From Camelus ferus (lineage: Eukaryota), in contig NC_045696.1 of NCBI RefSeq assembly GCF_009834535.1, positions 69,566,001 to 69,630,000 of the forward strand: DNA of 64,000 nucleotides. Reading direction: 5' to 3'. Of the stretch, positions 25,973 through 36,460 are shown piece after piece (positions within the stretch are counted from its first letter, which is position 1; each line of letters starts with the position of its first letter). The notes beneath the pieces were generated by a model. That model did no database searches. It was not told where the DNA came from and worked only from the letters and a program-made list of their open reading frames with translations. The position numbers and the translations under genes are program-made.

Positions 25973-26441
25973 TATACTAACCTCTCACCTCAAACTATAC
26001 TTCAAAACAAAACCAAAAAACCTCCAATTCCATTAAAGAATTAAATAATACTAGCTGTGGGGAAGAATAGGTGACTGTTATTCCACTGTGAGCAAAGACT
26101 TTCTAAGGAAAATGTGACATATTAACTATTAACAAATTTAAAATTCTAAGTCAAGAATCAATATAGTTTTGTTTTTTGTTTTTTGTTTTTTTTTCAGAAA
26201 AAGAATATAGATATTGACAAGTCTATAGACAAGGTGTTTGCAATAGCTATCTCAAAGAACAGGGTAATTCCCATAATGTATAAAGAGCTCTTAGAAACCA
26301 GCAGGAGAAAATACTAACAATGCAATGGTGAACAGACAGTTCACAGAAGAAGTGCCATGGGCTTATAAACCTGTGAAATAATATTTGATGTCACAGTTCT
26401 TAAAAAGGGGAGAAAAGTTTCAAATTAAAATAGTGAGAAAG

Positions 26442-26589
26442 GTGGGGAGGGTATAGCTCAATGGTAGAGCGTGCTTAGTATGTATGAGGTCCTGGGTGCA
26501 ATCCCTTGAACCTCCATTAAAAATAAGCAAATCAGTAAACTTAATTACTTCTCCCTATAAAAATTAATTTTAAAAAAGAAAACCAGACC
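26442..26589 (+). mobile_element. Camelid-type tRNA-derived SINE inserted in the L1
   Basis: GGGGAGGGTATAGCTCAATGGTAGAGC (A box), GGGTGCAATCCC (B box) and an A-rich tail. TSD AATAGTGAGAAAG / AATGGTGAGAAAG at 26429-26441 and 26590-26602. Confidence 0.85.
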
Positions 26590-27412
26590 AATGGTGAGAA
26601 AGCCACACCATCTCTCACTTACCAAATTAGCACAATTTGTTTTTCTGTTAAAGATAATAATACTCATTGCTGTCAAGGCTGTGGTGAGATCAGCACACTC
26701 AAACAGCGAGGCCAGCGTATAAACTGATATAACCATTCTGGGAAGCTTTGGAACCATGTATCAATAGACCCTTGCAAATATTAATATACTTTGTTCCAGT
26801 TAATTTACTTTGACCCTTAAAATTACTCATATACTGCTAGGTATTTATTCTAAGTAAAATACACATTATCAGAACATTATCAGAAATACAGATGGATGTA
26901 TTAGAATGTCATTTTCTGTATTATTAATAGTAGCAAAAAATTGGAAACTACCTAGAAGCTAAACATTTAGGGAAAGAGTTAAATAAGCTATGTGAGATTC
27001 ATCAAATGGAGTAATTTTCAGCCACTGAAAATCATATTTAATAAATATTTAAGCCATCAGAAATGCTTGTAATGTTAAGTGAAAACAGCAGATTAAGAAG
27101 CTGATTGCAATTTTATTAAAAACATCTAAGCAGAGCAACAAGCTGAGAAATATATACCAAAAAGTTAACAGCAGTTACCTTTAGGTGATACTAAAATTTT
27201 TCTGTATTTTCGAAACTCTCAAAAATGAGTATATATTTGTCTACACATACAAACATATTTTATAAAGAAAACGTGCTTTGTGCTTAACAGCACTGTAAGA
27301 TGACCTCTCATGCTTTACCATCACAGTTAGGTAGCATAATTTGAGCCTGAAAATTATAAATCTTCTTCTCCCAGAGTTATAGGATCTCAGAAAGAATTCT
27401 GGTTATCTAGTC

Positions 27413-27584
27413 CAGTGATTCCCTAACTTGGGTATGCAGCGAGGTAACCTGGAGGGCTTTTGAAACACAGATTGCTGGGTTTCAAATTCAGTAGGTCTGG
27501 ATGCCCGAAAATTTGCATTTCTGACAAGTTCCTAGGAGATGCTGATGTTGCTGGACTAGGGACCACACACTTGGAGAACCAATA
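27413..27584. mobile_element. MER5A MITE with an intact 8-bp TSD
   Basis: CAGTGATTCCCTAACTTG...GACCACACACTTGGAGAACCAATA, flanked by ATCTAGTC at 27405-27412 and 27585-27592. Confidence 0.85.
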
Positions 27585-29592
27585 ATCTAGTCAAATGTCC
27601 TGATTTCTCAATGAATTTCAGACTTCTCTTCCACTCCTAGCAAAACCTGATTGTCCAGCTACATTTGAAAGCCTCTGACAGCAGGAAACACTCCCCCAAA
27701 GCAGAGCATCCTGAGATCTTGGAGAACCTGAACCCAAAGTAGCTCAGACCTGAAAGACCGTCCACGCCCCCTCCCTGCTCCCCTAGGCTCCCTTTAAGGA
27801 GAAATATTTCCTTAACTCTTTAAATACCATAGAGACTTAGTGCGACCTTTCGGGTTTGTGCCTGTTTATCTCCAGCTGAAATTAGGGCAGACCTGGACAT
27901 GTCCCACGTGATTTGGGAAGGGTGCACACTTGTGGCCATTGGCCACTTTGCTGGGCGGGATCCAAATCACTTGCCCTGAGAGGGCAATGTTCAGGAAGGA
28001 GTCCCTCAGCTTCTTGCCTCTCTTGAAGTAATAAAAATGTGTCATTTTGTTCAAAAGGGCCCCCAAAACAAAGTCCACCCCTAGCACTAGTGAAATTTTA
28101 TAAATGGCTCCATTTTAAAGGGGAAATTTTATGCTCAGTAGTTTGTGAATTTTGAGCTATCACACAAGCATCTACTGTACCAATTTTCTCTGTAATAGAG
28201 CAGAGAACTAAGAGCATGGGGTTGCCATCCCTAGTGCTTGTCAGATGTTATAAATGTTATGAAAGCTTTTTAAGACAATCATAACAGACTTCAGTTAATT
28301 GCCTGACCTGCCCAATGACCAGAGAAGTTTGGGTTCTGACTACAGAAATGTGGGATGCTCTCTTTCCATCAGGGGCTGAAAAGGCAGGTTTCACCACATC
28401 CAACTACCTCCTCAAATGGGATATCAAGTGTTTAGCTCACTAGCCCCTCCTAATACGGGGATGAGGGTGTAGGAGACTGACATTTCTTTGACTTGAGATG
28501 AGGACATGATCTCATACTTCTTGCCCCTAGTGTACGTACGTACAGTGAACTCTCAGCTCTCTGTAGTACTAGAATCCACAACTACATCAAAATCGCATGT
28601 TACCCAGTACCTCCAAGCTCCTACCCCAACAAGACCTTTGTCAAAACTGCTGAAAACCCAAATGGAAGGGATTTGAGTTTCACTTCCTCCTCTTTTCCCT
28701 GGAGGTGCTAACAAGCAAATAAATTGGTCAGCTAAAGGGAGAAAAAGGAGAAGCAAAGGTCTTCTACGATCTAAAAAAATGGGCTCCATCAGCGGGAAAT
28801 ATAAACAGTGCACCAGCTGCCACTCTCTGCCCTAAACATCTCTGCTGCCAAGATGTTCCCTCTTTCTTCTTGGCTCTGCTAACCAGTCGGCCCTTCCATA
28901 GTGCGTATGGGCACTGCGCTGGCCTGGGGAATACCAAGGTGAATTTCTTCTTCCTCTCGGAGTTCATGTGCTCAGAAGTGGGAGAAGACTTACCACAAAG
29001 AAATGTGCCACAAATCACTATCATCAAATGGTGCTAAACTGCACACCACAGGTAAGTGTGTCAGAGCCCCTAGTCTGTGCCTCGCTTCCCTGAATTCTAG
29101 GATGAACACAATGCCCGGAATAAGGCACAACACGAAACAGTGCTGGATGTATTCTTGGTGTGCCCCACTGGTGACTACCACCAAACAGAGACTTAGTCCT
29201 AGGTCTCCTAGGTCTCCAGGCTGGTGGAAACCAACCTAATCGTCGTCTTCAGCTTCCATCACACAGGTTTTGCTCATTTTCCAAAATGTCTTTTGGTCCC
29301 ATCTTTTTCTTTCTGTATCCAGGGGCTTAAATTTAAACCTGGCTTGCAGTTGAACCCTCTTAGCCAGACTCTCCCCATCTCCAGCTCATCTTGACAACAG
29401 CTGTTGAATAATTCCCCTCAAACTCTTTTCTCATCATAGTATTCTCCAGCTGAAAAAGTTATCATGGTTCCCCATTACCCCCATTTCTCACCCTTTGCCC
29501 TGCACTCAACCAGTTCATATGTGGCCCCTCTACCCAGTGCCTTTCCCTTTCTCTTTTCACCAACACATTTCCTTCCCTTCCTTTCAGATCTT

Positions 29593-29889
29593 TTTTTTTA
29601 ATTTTATTTTATTGAGTTATAGTCAGTTTACAATTTTGTGTCAATTTCCAGTTTACAGCACAATTTTTCAGTTATACATGAATATACATATATTCATTGT
29701 CACATTCTTTTTCGCTGTGAGCTACCACAAGATCTTGTATTTATTTCTCTGTGCTATACAGTATAATCTTGTTTAATCTGTTCTACATATGCCTGTCAGT
29801 ATCTACAAATTTCAAACTCCCAAGTCTGTCCCTTCCCACCCCTCTCCCCCCTGGCAACCATAACTTTGTATTCTATGTCTATGCGTCTG
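29593..29889 (-). mobile_element. Young 5'-truncated L1 3' end with a 17-bp TSD
   Basis: Poly-T at the left end; same L1 3' UTR family as the 13360 copy. TSD CCTTCCTTTCAGATCTT at 29576-29592 and 29890-29906, followed by AAAA (a TCTT/AA L1 endonuclease site). Confidence 0.9.
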
Positions 29890-31225
29890 CCTTCCTTTCA
29901 GATCTTAAAATTCTCCTCGTTGCTTACCTAACTTCCTTTTGACACCACTCGGTTTATCCTCCATTAGTTTAAACTTGTTGGTGAGTCTCTTCAAGAGTTC
30001 TCCTGTTGTTCTCTGTGGTCATTTCAATAGATGGTAAAGATCATGAGAATGGATTCCTAGATTCTGTTTCTTTTGAAATACATCTTTCTCCTCCTCCAAT
30101 GTAAGATGACAGTTATTTAAATGGTACGTTCCCTTTTCCAGTTTACACCGGGCTGTCATTGACAGTTTACCATTTGATCTTCATAACAACTTTGTGAGAA
30201 AAATAGGACAGTTGTGATTATTCTCCTTTCCCTGTTCAGCAAGCACTGGTTTTGAAGGTGACACGATTTGTCCAAAGGGTCACAGCAAAGAAGTGGGAGT
30301 ACTAGGACCCAAACCCAGGTCTTTGAATCTTAAGTGCCTCTTGTCCGCACATCATCTTCCTACTCTGAACATGTGTCATACTTGATAAACGTTGATGGAC
30401 TGACAATGCAGATTATCAACCATTCAGTATCACCAGGTCGGTCATACAGGGAGTAAGCATTTTGAAGCCATGCCCTGAGGACACAGCTGGGAAGAGAGGC
30501 AAAAAAATGAGAATTCACCAGTGTCTTTTACACTTTAGACTTAAAGTTTGCAGGAAAAAGGACTCATTGAACATAAAATTCAAAAAATAAAAGCTTTTAA
30601 AAAGAAAGTTGGGGCTCCCCTGGAAAACTGAAAAAGAGATGCCTAAGAGACTCACTTGGAAACTTTCCACGTGAGTGGAGCTTGGGTCAGAGGTCAGACT
30701 GAAGTCTGCAAGTCAGTTTTGAGTTACTAGCTGACATCCCTGCACTGCCCAGGCAGGAAGGGCCAAGAGCAGGGGTGGATGGGAATCTGAAGAACGGGGC
30801 TTTGGCTGTTCTGCCCCTCTCTGTGCGACCTTAAGCTAATCTGAGGCTCAGCAGAGCCTTGGGATCTCCATTCCTTCATCTGTCCTGCAGAGGGGTTGAA
30901 TGAGATGGTCCCTGAGGTCTCCTCCGGCTGTGACATTCTGAGTCTATGAATAGCGAGGACACGAGACAGGTGCGAGCTGATCACCACGTAGGAAGCTCAC
31001 ACCTGTCTCTCCCCAGTGTTTCCGCCCCCAACTCCCAGCAGTGCCAAACCCCAGGCCCAGTCAGGGTCCAGTTGCCAATTCTGAAGCTGTTCAAGGACAG
31101 TCATCCTTCTGCGTGGGGCTCCTTCCAGCCTGAAGCTGGCCTGCCTTCCTCCCTCTGCAGCTCACTCTCTCATAGGCTTTTGGGGTTGGCAGGCCACTAA
31201 TTCATCTCTGCTTCTTTGCTTTTAG

Positions 31226-31324
31226 ATTAAAATCACTCACAAGAACCAAGCACCTATGATGATGGGGCCTCCCCAGAAGAGCAGCTTCTTTTCGCTGAGG
31301 AAGAAGAGCCGTTCAAAAGACTAG
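31226..31324 (+). CDS. DGKG: DGKG terminal coding exon (32 codons + TAG)
   Basis: Long pyrimidine tract and TTTAG acceptor at 31221-31225. Encodes IKITHKNQAPMMMGPPQKSSFFSLRKKSRSKD with stop TAG at 31322-31324, matching the recalled DGK gamma C-terminus. Missing from the ORF track because it is short. Confidence 0.95.
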   Translation: MKITHKNQAPMMMGPPQKSSFFSLRKKSRSKD

Positions 31325-31373
31325 ACCAGGTGCCCAACGCCAGTGCAGCCAAGAGAGAAAGCAAGAAACTGAA

Positions 31374-31392
31374 ACACACACACACACACACA
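31374..31392. repeat. Short (AC)n tract at the start of the DGKG 3' UTR
   Basis: Read directly from the sequence. Confidence 0.85.
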
Positions 31393-32589
31393 TCACACCA
31401 CACCGCCACACTCTCAAACCAGTGGAAGTAAAGCCACCCTCTAGGAAGAAAGCTTCACCCTGACATCCGTTCTCTTACAACAGTGGACACCCCCCAACAA
31501 AGGCAGTGCCGGCAGGACGTGTTGAAAGGACTTAGGGCCCACCGGATGTGGTTGGCTCATGCAGCACCCTCCACGTTCCCTGAAGGCCTTGAGAGGGACT
31601 TCCTGAGACCGCAGGAGAAATCCCCCTCTCTTTCCACTAGGCCCACAGGTTTCCTCACAAGGAGCAGGCTGCAGGTTTCCTGCCTTTGGTGAGATCGGAT
31701 GTGGCCAAGGGAAAGCGCTCGCATTCAGAGAGCTTGCACAAAGGTCCCTCTGTGCGGAGACAAGACAGCCTCCGCCTCTCAGAGCACAACCCTTGGCAGG
31801 GCTCAGCCCGCGCACACCGACTGCTCTGTCGGTCGGTTGTCCTTCGTTCTTCGAGCGACAGTCAGCTTCTCCTGGAACTTGCTGAGGAGGCAGAAAGTCT
31901 GAGGAAAGCTGCGTTTCCTTTCTCGGCCGTGTGCGCGGTCGGTGGGCACTGCTTCTTTTCCCGGAGCCTGCTGGTGGCTGTGTGTTTGTTTAGAGCCGGC
32001 TTCCAGAGCCCTGGAGCTGCCTGCACAGCGCACCTTAGATGTGGTATTTATTTTCTTAGTTCTGTGAACACCTGGGAGGGAAAGCGGAGAAACTGGAATT
32101 TATTTTTCAAATTGGTGTCATAATATTGTGTAAAAAGGGAAGAAAAAAAAAAAACACCCCCAGCTTCTTTCTTTTTCAAGCCAACGCGTGTTTCCTGTTT
32201 GAGTTCCAAGCCCTGGAGGCAGACTATTCCTGAAGGCAAGAAGATGGGAGGGAAGGGCCTTTTGCCGAGGAGACCAGGAGACAGACCATCAGGCGGTTCC
32301 CTCCTGCCTCTTTGCACCTACCGCTCCCAGATTAAGACCTCAAGGCCCTTCTGATGGTCCTATGTGTGTGTACATATATATAGTATATATATTTATATGT
32401 ATAGATATTTATTTACTGGTGGGTTTTTCCTGATTGCAAAAAAAAAAAAGTATAAGAACAGAAAATGAGAAACAAAAAGAAGGTTCTTCCCCCCCCACTT
32501 CTTCCATTTCATTGTCAATTTCCTGTGGTGATCATGAGATTTAAGGGAAATTAAAGTAGCTCCTTATCATAAATAGACTGAGAATTTCT

Positions 32590-32720
32590 ATTCTGGATCC
32601 TCAAAACAACCATGAAAGATATGCCAGGCAGGATTTACTCTCCCATTTGTCAGATAAGGAAACTGAGTCTCAGAAAAGTTGAACTTGTCCGTGGTATCCT
32701 GGCTAACGTGGCTTGGGAAT
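32590..32720 (-). mobile_element. MIR fragment within the DGKG 3' UTR
   Basis: CCCATTTGTCAGATAAGGAAACTGAGTCTCAGAAAAGTTGAACTTGTCC, the reverse MIR core. Confidence 0.7.
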
Positions 32721-34127
32721 AGGTGCCACTGAGAAGAGATTTAATAGAGAAAAGCACCCACATATCTTGGAATAGAGTCATTTCTGGTCACTGAGAAGTG
32801 ATTCCATTGGGATCCAGGTTGCCAGGGAAGAATGAATGTGCAACCCACGTGTGGCCGGAACAAGCCCACACGAGAAAGTGAGGGCCACTCGATGCTTCCC
32901 AGAGACTCTCTCTAGCCTGAACTGATGAGAATTTGGTCCGGGGTTGAAGGCACTAGAAGATCATCAAATTAAACTCTCCACATGTCACCTCATCATGGTC
33001 ATCAGTCTCTTGATCTGGAAACACCCCTGGCGACAGGGATGACCTCAGTGGAGAGTCACGAGGAGGGCAGAGGCACCTCCTGCCGGGTGCTGCCAGCCAG
33101 CATGACATTTCAGTTCGGTGGGCTCCATTTATCTGGCGCCAGCATGACCTCCTTCCCTGAGGGCACGTCTGTGGAGAGCTTTGTTGGCGCGTTTGCTTCC
33201 TTCAGCCTCCATCCCCTCTGAGATTTCTCAAGAGGAAAGCTGGGCCCACTCAACACCACTCCACTGAGCTCCCTCTGTCTCCTTTCACTGGGTCAGGAAC
33301 TTCGGACAAGAAAGGGAAAATTAAGATTGCATGTACAAATTGATTCTAACTCTGAAGGAAGCAGTCCACTAGGACCAGTCTAGGACAGAGATCTAGAATC
33401 ATCCTGCTCTACCTAACAGTGCAGAACACTGGGCAAAGGGAAAATAGGCGGCCTGAAGCATGTCCTGAATGATGAGCTCCTTGGTGATGGGACCAACAAG
33501 CCCCAGAATGAACAACAGGTACCATCTTGGAAGCCACTTGATTCTGAAATGAAGGCAGGTTCAGTGCAAGGGTCACTGATTCTAAAACATTTACAGAAGT
33601 TTTTGCGTGTGTTCCAGCCCCAATGTCCCAACGTTGAGGCTGTTGAGACACAGCACTGTCAACAGGTGAAACTGATGCTCGAAGATCACATGTCAGAGAC
33701 TGGCCCCTGCCTGCTCCACTCTAGTGCATAGGACTTGCAGTGTTGCTTGAGAGACAAGTCCCACGTCCTCCGTAGAGCCACAGAGTACAGCAAACATCGG
33801 TGGAATTGCACTTTCAGTGTTGTAACCTCAGTAAGTCTAGTGTTGTTTAATCTGACTTTGCAACTCATCCCTTAACTACTGTGACTGTGGTTTCAGTTCC
33901 CATAGAATACCTCATCACAGTGGTCCTCCCAGCAGCCCCTGAGGTTGACAGAAAAGGTGGTTATTGACCTCATCTAAATAATGAGGGAAAACGAGGCTTA
34001 ATAAGACCTAGTGCCGTCTCAAAGTTAGGCAGTCAGGGGAGAATCCTCCCTTATTCCTCGTCCTGTTCTGATTCTGACCATGTCACAGACATGTTTTCAC
34101 CTGCCCCCACACGTCTGCCCCACTGGC

Positions 34128-34133
34128 AATAAA
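34128..34133 (+). terminator. Candidate polyadenylation signal AATAAA for DGKG
   Basis: GGC-AATAAA-AAG, with a GT-rich element (GTATGTTGTC) about 35-45 nt downstream. Confidence 0.65.
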
Positions 34134-36249
34134 AAGAATGAAACAGAAACAGGAAATCTTCGATAGAGTATGTTGTCCCTGGACTAATGGCTAGGAGCTG
34201 CATCTCACTATGACTTGGTCTTCGTGGGTTTCCTCCAGCAAGTTGAGAATGGAGATAGACTTAGTAGGATGATTACATTTCAGGTCAGAGACCAGCTCCT
34301 CTCAAGAGAGTTCTTTCCACAGATGGAAAAGATATGTTAAAATTGCCAAATAAATTAGGGAATACTTGGCAGAATCTGGAAGAGCCTCCAGACTGGCGTT
34401 ACATAACATGCATATACATTATACATATGCACATTATATAAGGTGACATAGTATTTAATGTGCTGTATATATTATGTAAATTACATATTTGTGAGTAATC
34501 ATGATAAATATAGAGACCCACTAATCACTTTTTTACACATACCCAGTGACAGATTAGGAAGTTACTTTGCCAGAGAGTCTTAAAACTTACTCTCTCCTGC
34601 TGCTTTGATTCCAACTCCTGCCAAAAATAATTGCATCAAGTTTTCCCATCTCTAGCCCCCTCTCTCTCCTCTTGGCCAGAACCCTCAGTTACCTCCTGTC
34701 CTGGCTAGGTTGTACCTTCCGTGGAACACTACTGTGACTGGGCTTCATAAAAATAGAATCTGGGGATGGGAAGGATCTAGACCCCCAGATTCCGTGTCAC
34801 CAGCCTATGCCTCAGTACCCCCAGGCAGGTGGCTGCCTAATACTAAGATTAAAGGGAGCGATCAGAGGGGAGAGGGAGAGACGAGGAGTCCACCAGCCCC
34901 CCGAGGAAGGAAACTTCACAGTGGCCCTTGGCCACGAGCTCCAGGATCCTGATAATCAATCAGGAAGTTATTTCAAAAATCAAGTCTGAGTTTCCATAGC
35001 ATATCCAAAGCCGTAATTTCCTAAAATGTGTTTCACGCTGTACTGGTGTCCATAAAATGCTCCATGAACGAAGAGTTCTGTGGTCAAGTGCTAGGTTCCC
35101 TTCTAGGAGGTACATAGAGAGGTTTAGTGCTAAGAACTCAGGGTAAAGAACTAGAGAGGCTTTATTTGTCTGTCAACAGCCATTGCCTGGAAACAGTGCC
35201 TTAAGCCCACCATTCCTTCTTTTTGTTCTCTGTGGAGATGGGAACGTGCAGGTAACTGCCCTCTGCAGTAATATTGCAAATAGTACTTTTCTAGGACAAG
35301 GAGTCTCTATTCTGAACACACTCTTTCTAGTTTCTTCTATGTGATTGCATAACTACTTTTATTATTTCCCTCTACATGTCTTCAAGCAAGAATCAAGAAT
35401 CTGGCCTCATTGTTCCCTGAGTGGAGGAGGGATTGGGGGAAAAATAAGGGGAAAACATGACAGCTGCCAGGGGTCAGACTTCATCTGTATAGCTCCAGAG
35501 GAGAGGACTGGGTCTAAAGAACACAGCTGGGGAAAGGGTCAATGTTTATTCAGTGCAATGACTGCTCTTGGAGCTAGCTGGCCTAACCTGGAAAGAGCTG
35601 CCTTGTGGGGGAGTGGAGAGCCACCTGCACTTATAGGAAAAGCCTTGACCTGGTTGGGGAGGAACAAACAGTGATTGACCCACCTTGTTTAAAAGCTGTT
35701 GAAACTGTTTTTGTAAGCATCAATGTTCAATCAATAGGTCTATTACCTCCTTTTGAGCAGCACACAAGTGTCCCTTGTTTTCTGAAAGAATGAAGAATGA
35801 CTCCCAGAGAGATTTCTGGATCAGTGGGTACTGACCAGCTAGACTGCACCTACACATAGTGGGATCAACCAGAATCCTATGCGCCCTCAAGGGCAGCTAG
35901 TGGTGGCGGTGGTCTTTCCTCGGGAGCTCTGAGAGTTAAAGGAATGAGTTACAGTGTGTGAAGACCAAAAGAGATTTTGCACTTCTGTTGGGGTTCATGT
36001 TAGCAGTTTGGAACTCTTCTCCTGGCCACAAATACCAGATCTGCATCCGACTTGGAATAAGCAGCAAGGAAAACGAAACTCTCCCACATCGCAGATATCA
36101 ATCCAGTTTTGCATAAAACAAGTGAACAGAATTGTATAGAATTTCACACGGAGCCATCTTTTGTAGCTCACCTTAATGTTCCACCATACTGGAGCACATC
36201 TGTTAACTTTCTGCTGTAGAGAGAAAACAGGAAAGGGAATTCCCACTTC

Positions 36250-36460
36250 GGGCTGACTGGGTGCAAGGCAGTGTGTCAAGGCCTTTTTGTGTGCTATCCC
36301 ATTTAATCCTCCGAACAGCCTAGGATGTGGGCATTGTGCGTATTTCACAGATAAAGGAGTTAGTGCATAGAAAGGTAAAGTCCAAGGTCAAAGAGATAGC
36401 AAGTGGTAGAGCAAGGACTAGACGTGGGTCTGTCTTACATCAACATTTGTGCTTTTTCTA
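36250..36460 (-). mobile_element. MIR SINE (reverse)
   Basis: ATCCCATTTAATCCTCCGAACAGCCTAGG...TTTCACAGATAAAGGAG...CCAAGGTCAAAGAGATAGCAAGTGGTAGAGC. Confidence 0.7.

Larger units (their letters stand above)
23250..27270 (+). mobile_element. Ancient degraded L1 (L1M-type) ORF2 and 3' UTR, about 4 kb, carrying nested insertions
   Basis: A-rich + strand. Visible ORF2 relics include GATGGCCTTACTGGTGAGTTCTTCCA (DGxTGEF) and ORF 24566-24748 LDTNIIVKVFVARIEQHIKRFIH, resembling L1 RT [20 protein letters not shown]. 3' end motif AATAGTAGCAAAAAATTGGAAACTACCTA. Confidence 0.8.
31325..34155 (+). other. DGKG: DGKG 3' UTR (~2.8 kb; 3' end approximate)
   Basis: Follows the stop codon. Contains AU-rich tracts (32040-32470) and ends near the first canonical AATAAA I noticed downstream. 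Length agrees with my recollection of a long human DGKG UTR. Confidence 0.65.

Noticed and set aside
26442..26520. tRNA gene (A and B boxes present); same for 15385 and 61666
   Set aside because: These have A-rich tails, TSDs and degenerate stems, so they are tRNA-derived SINEs rather than tRNAs.
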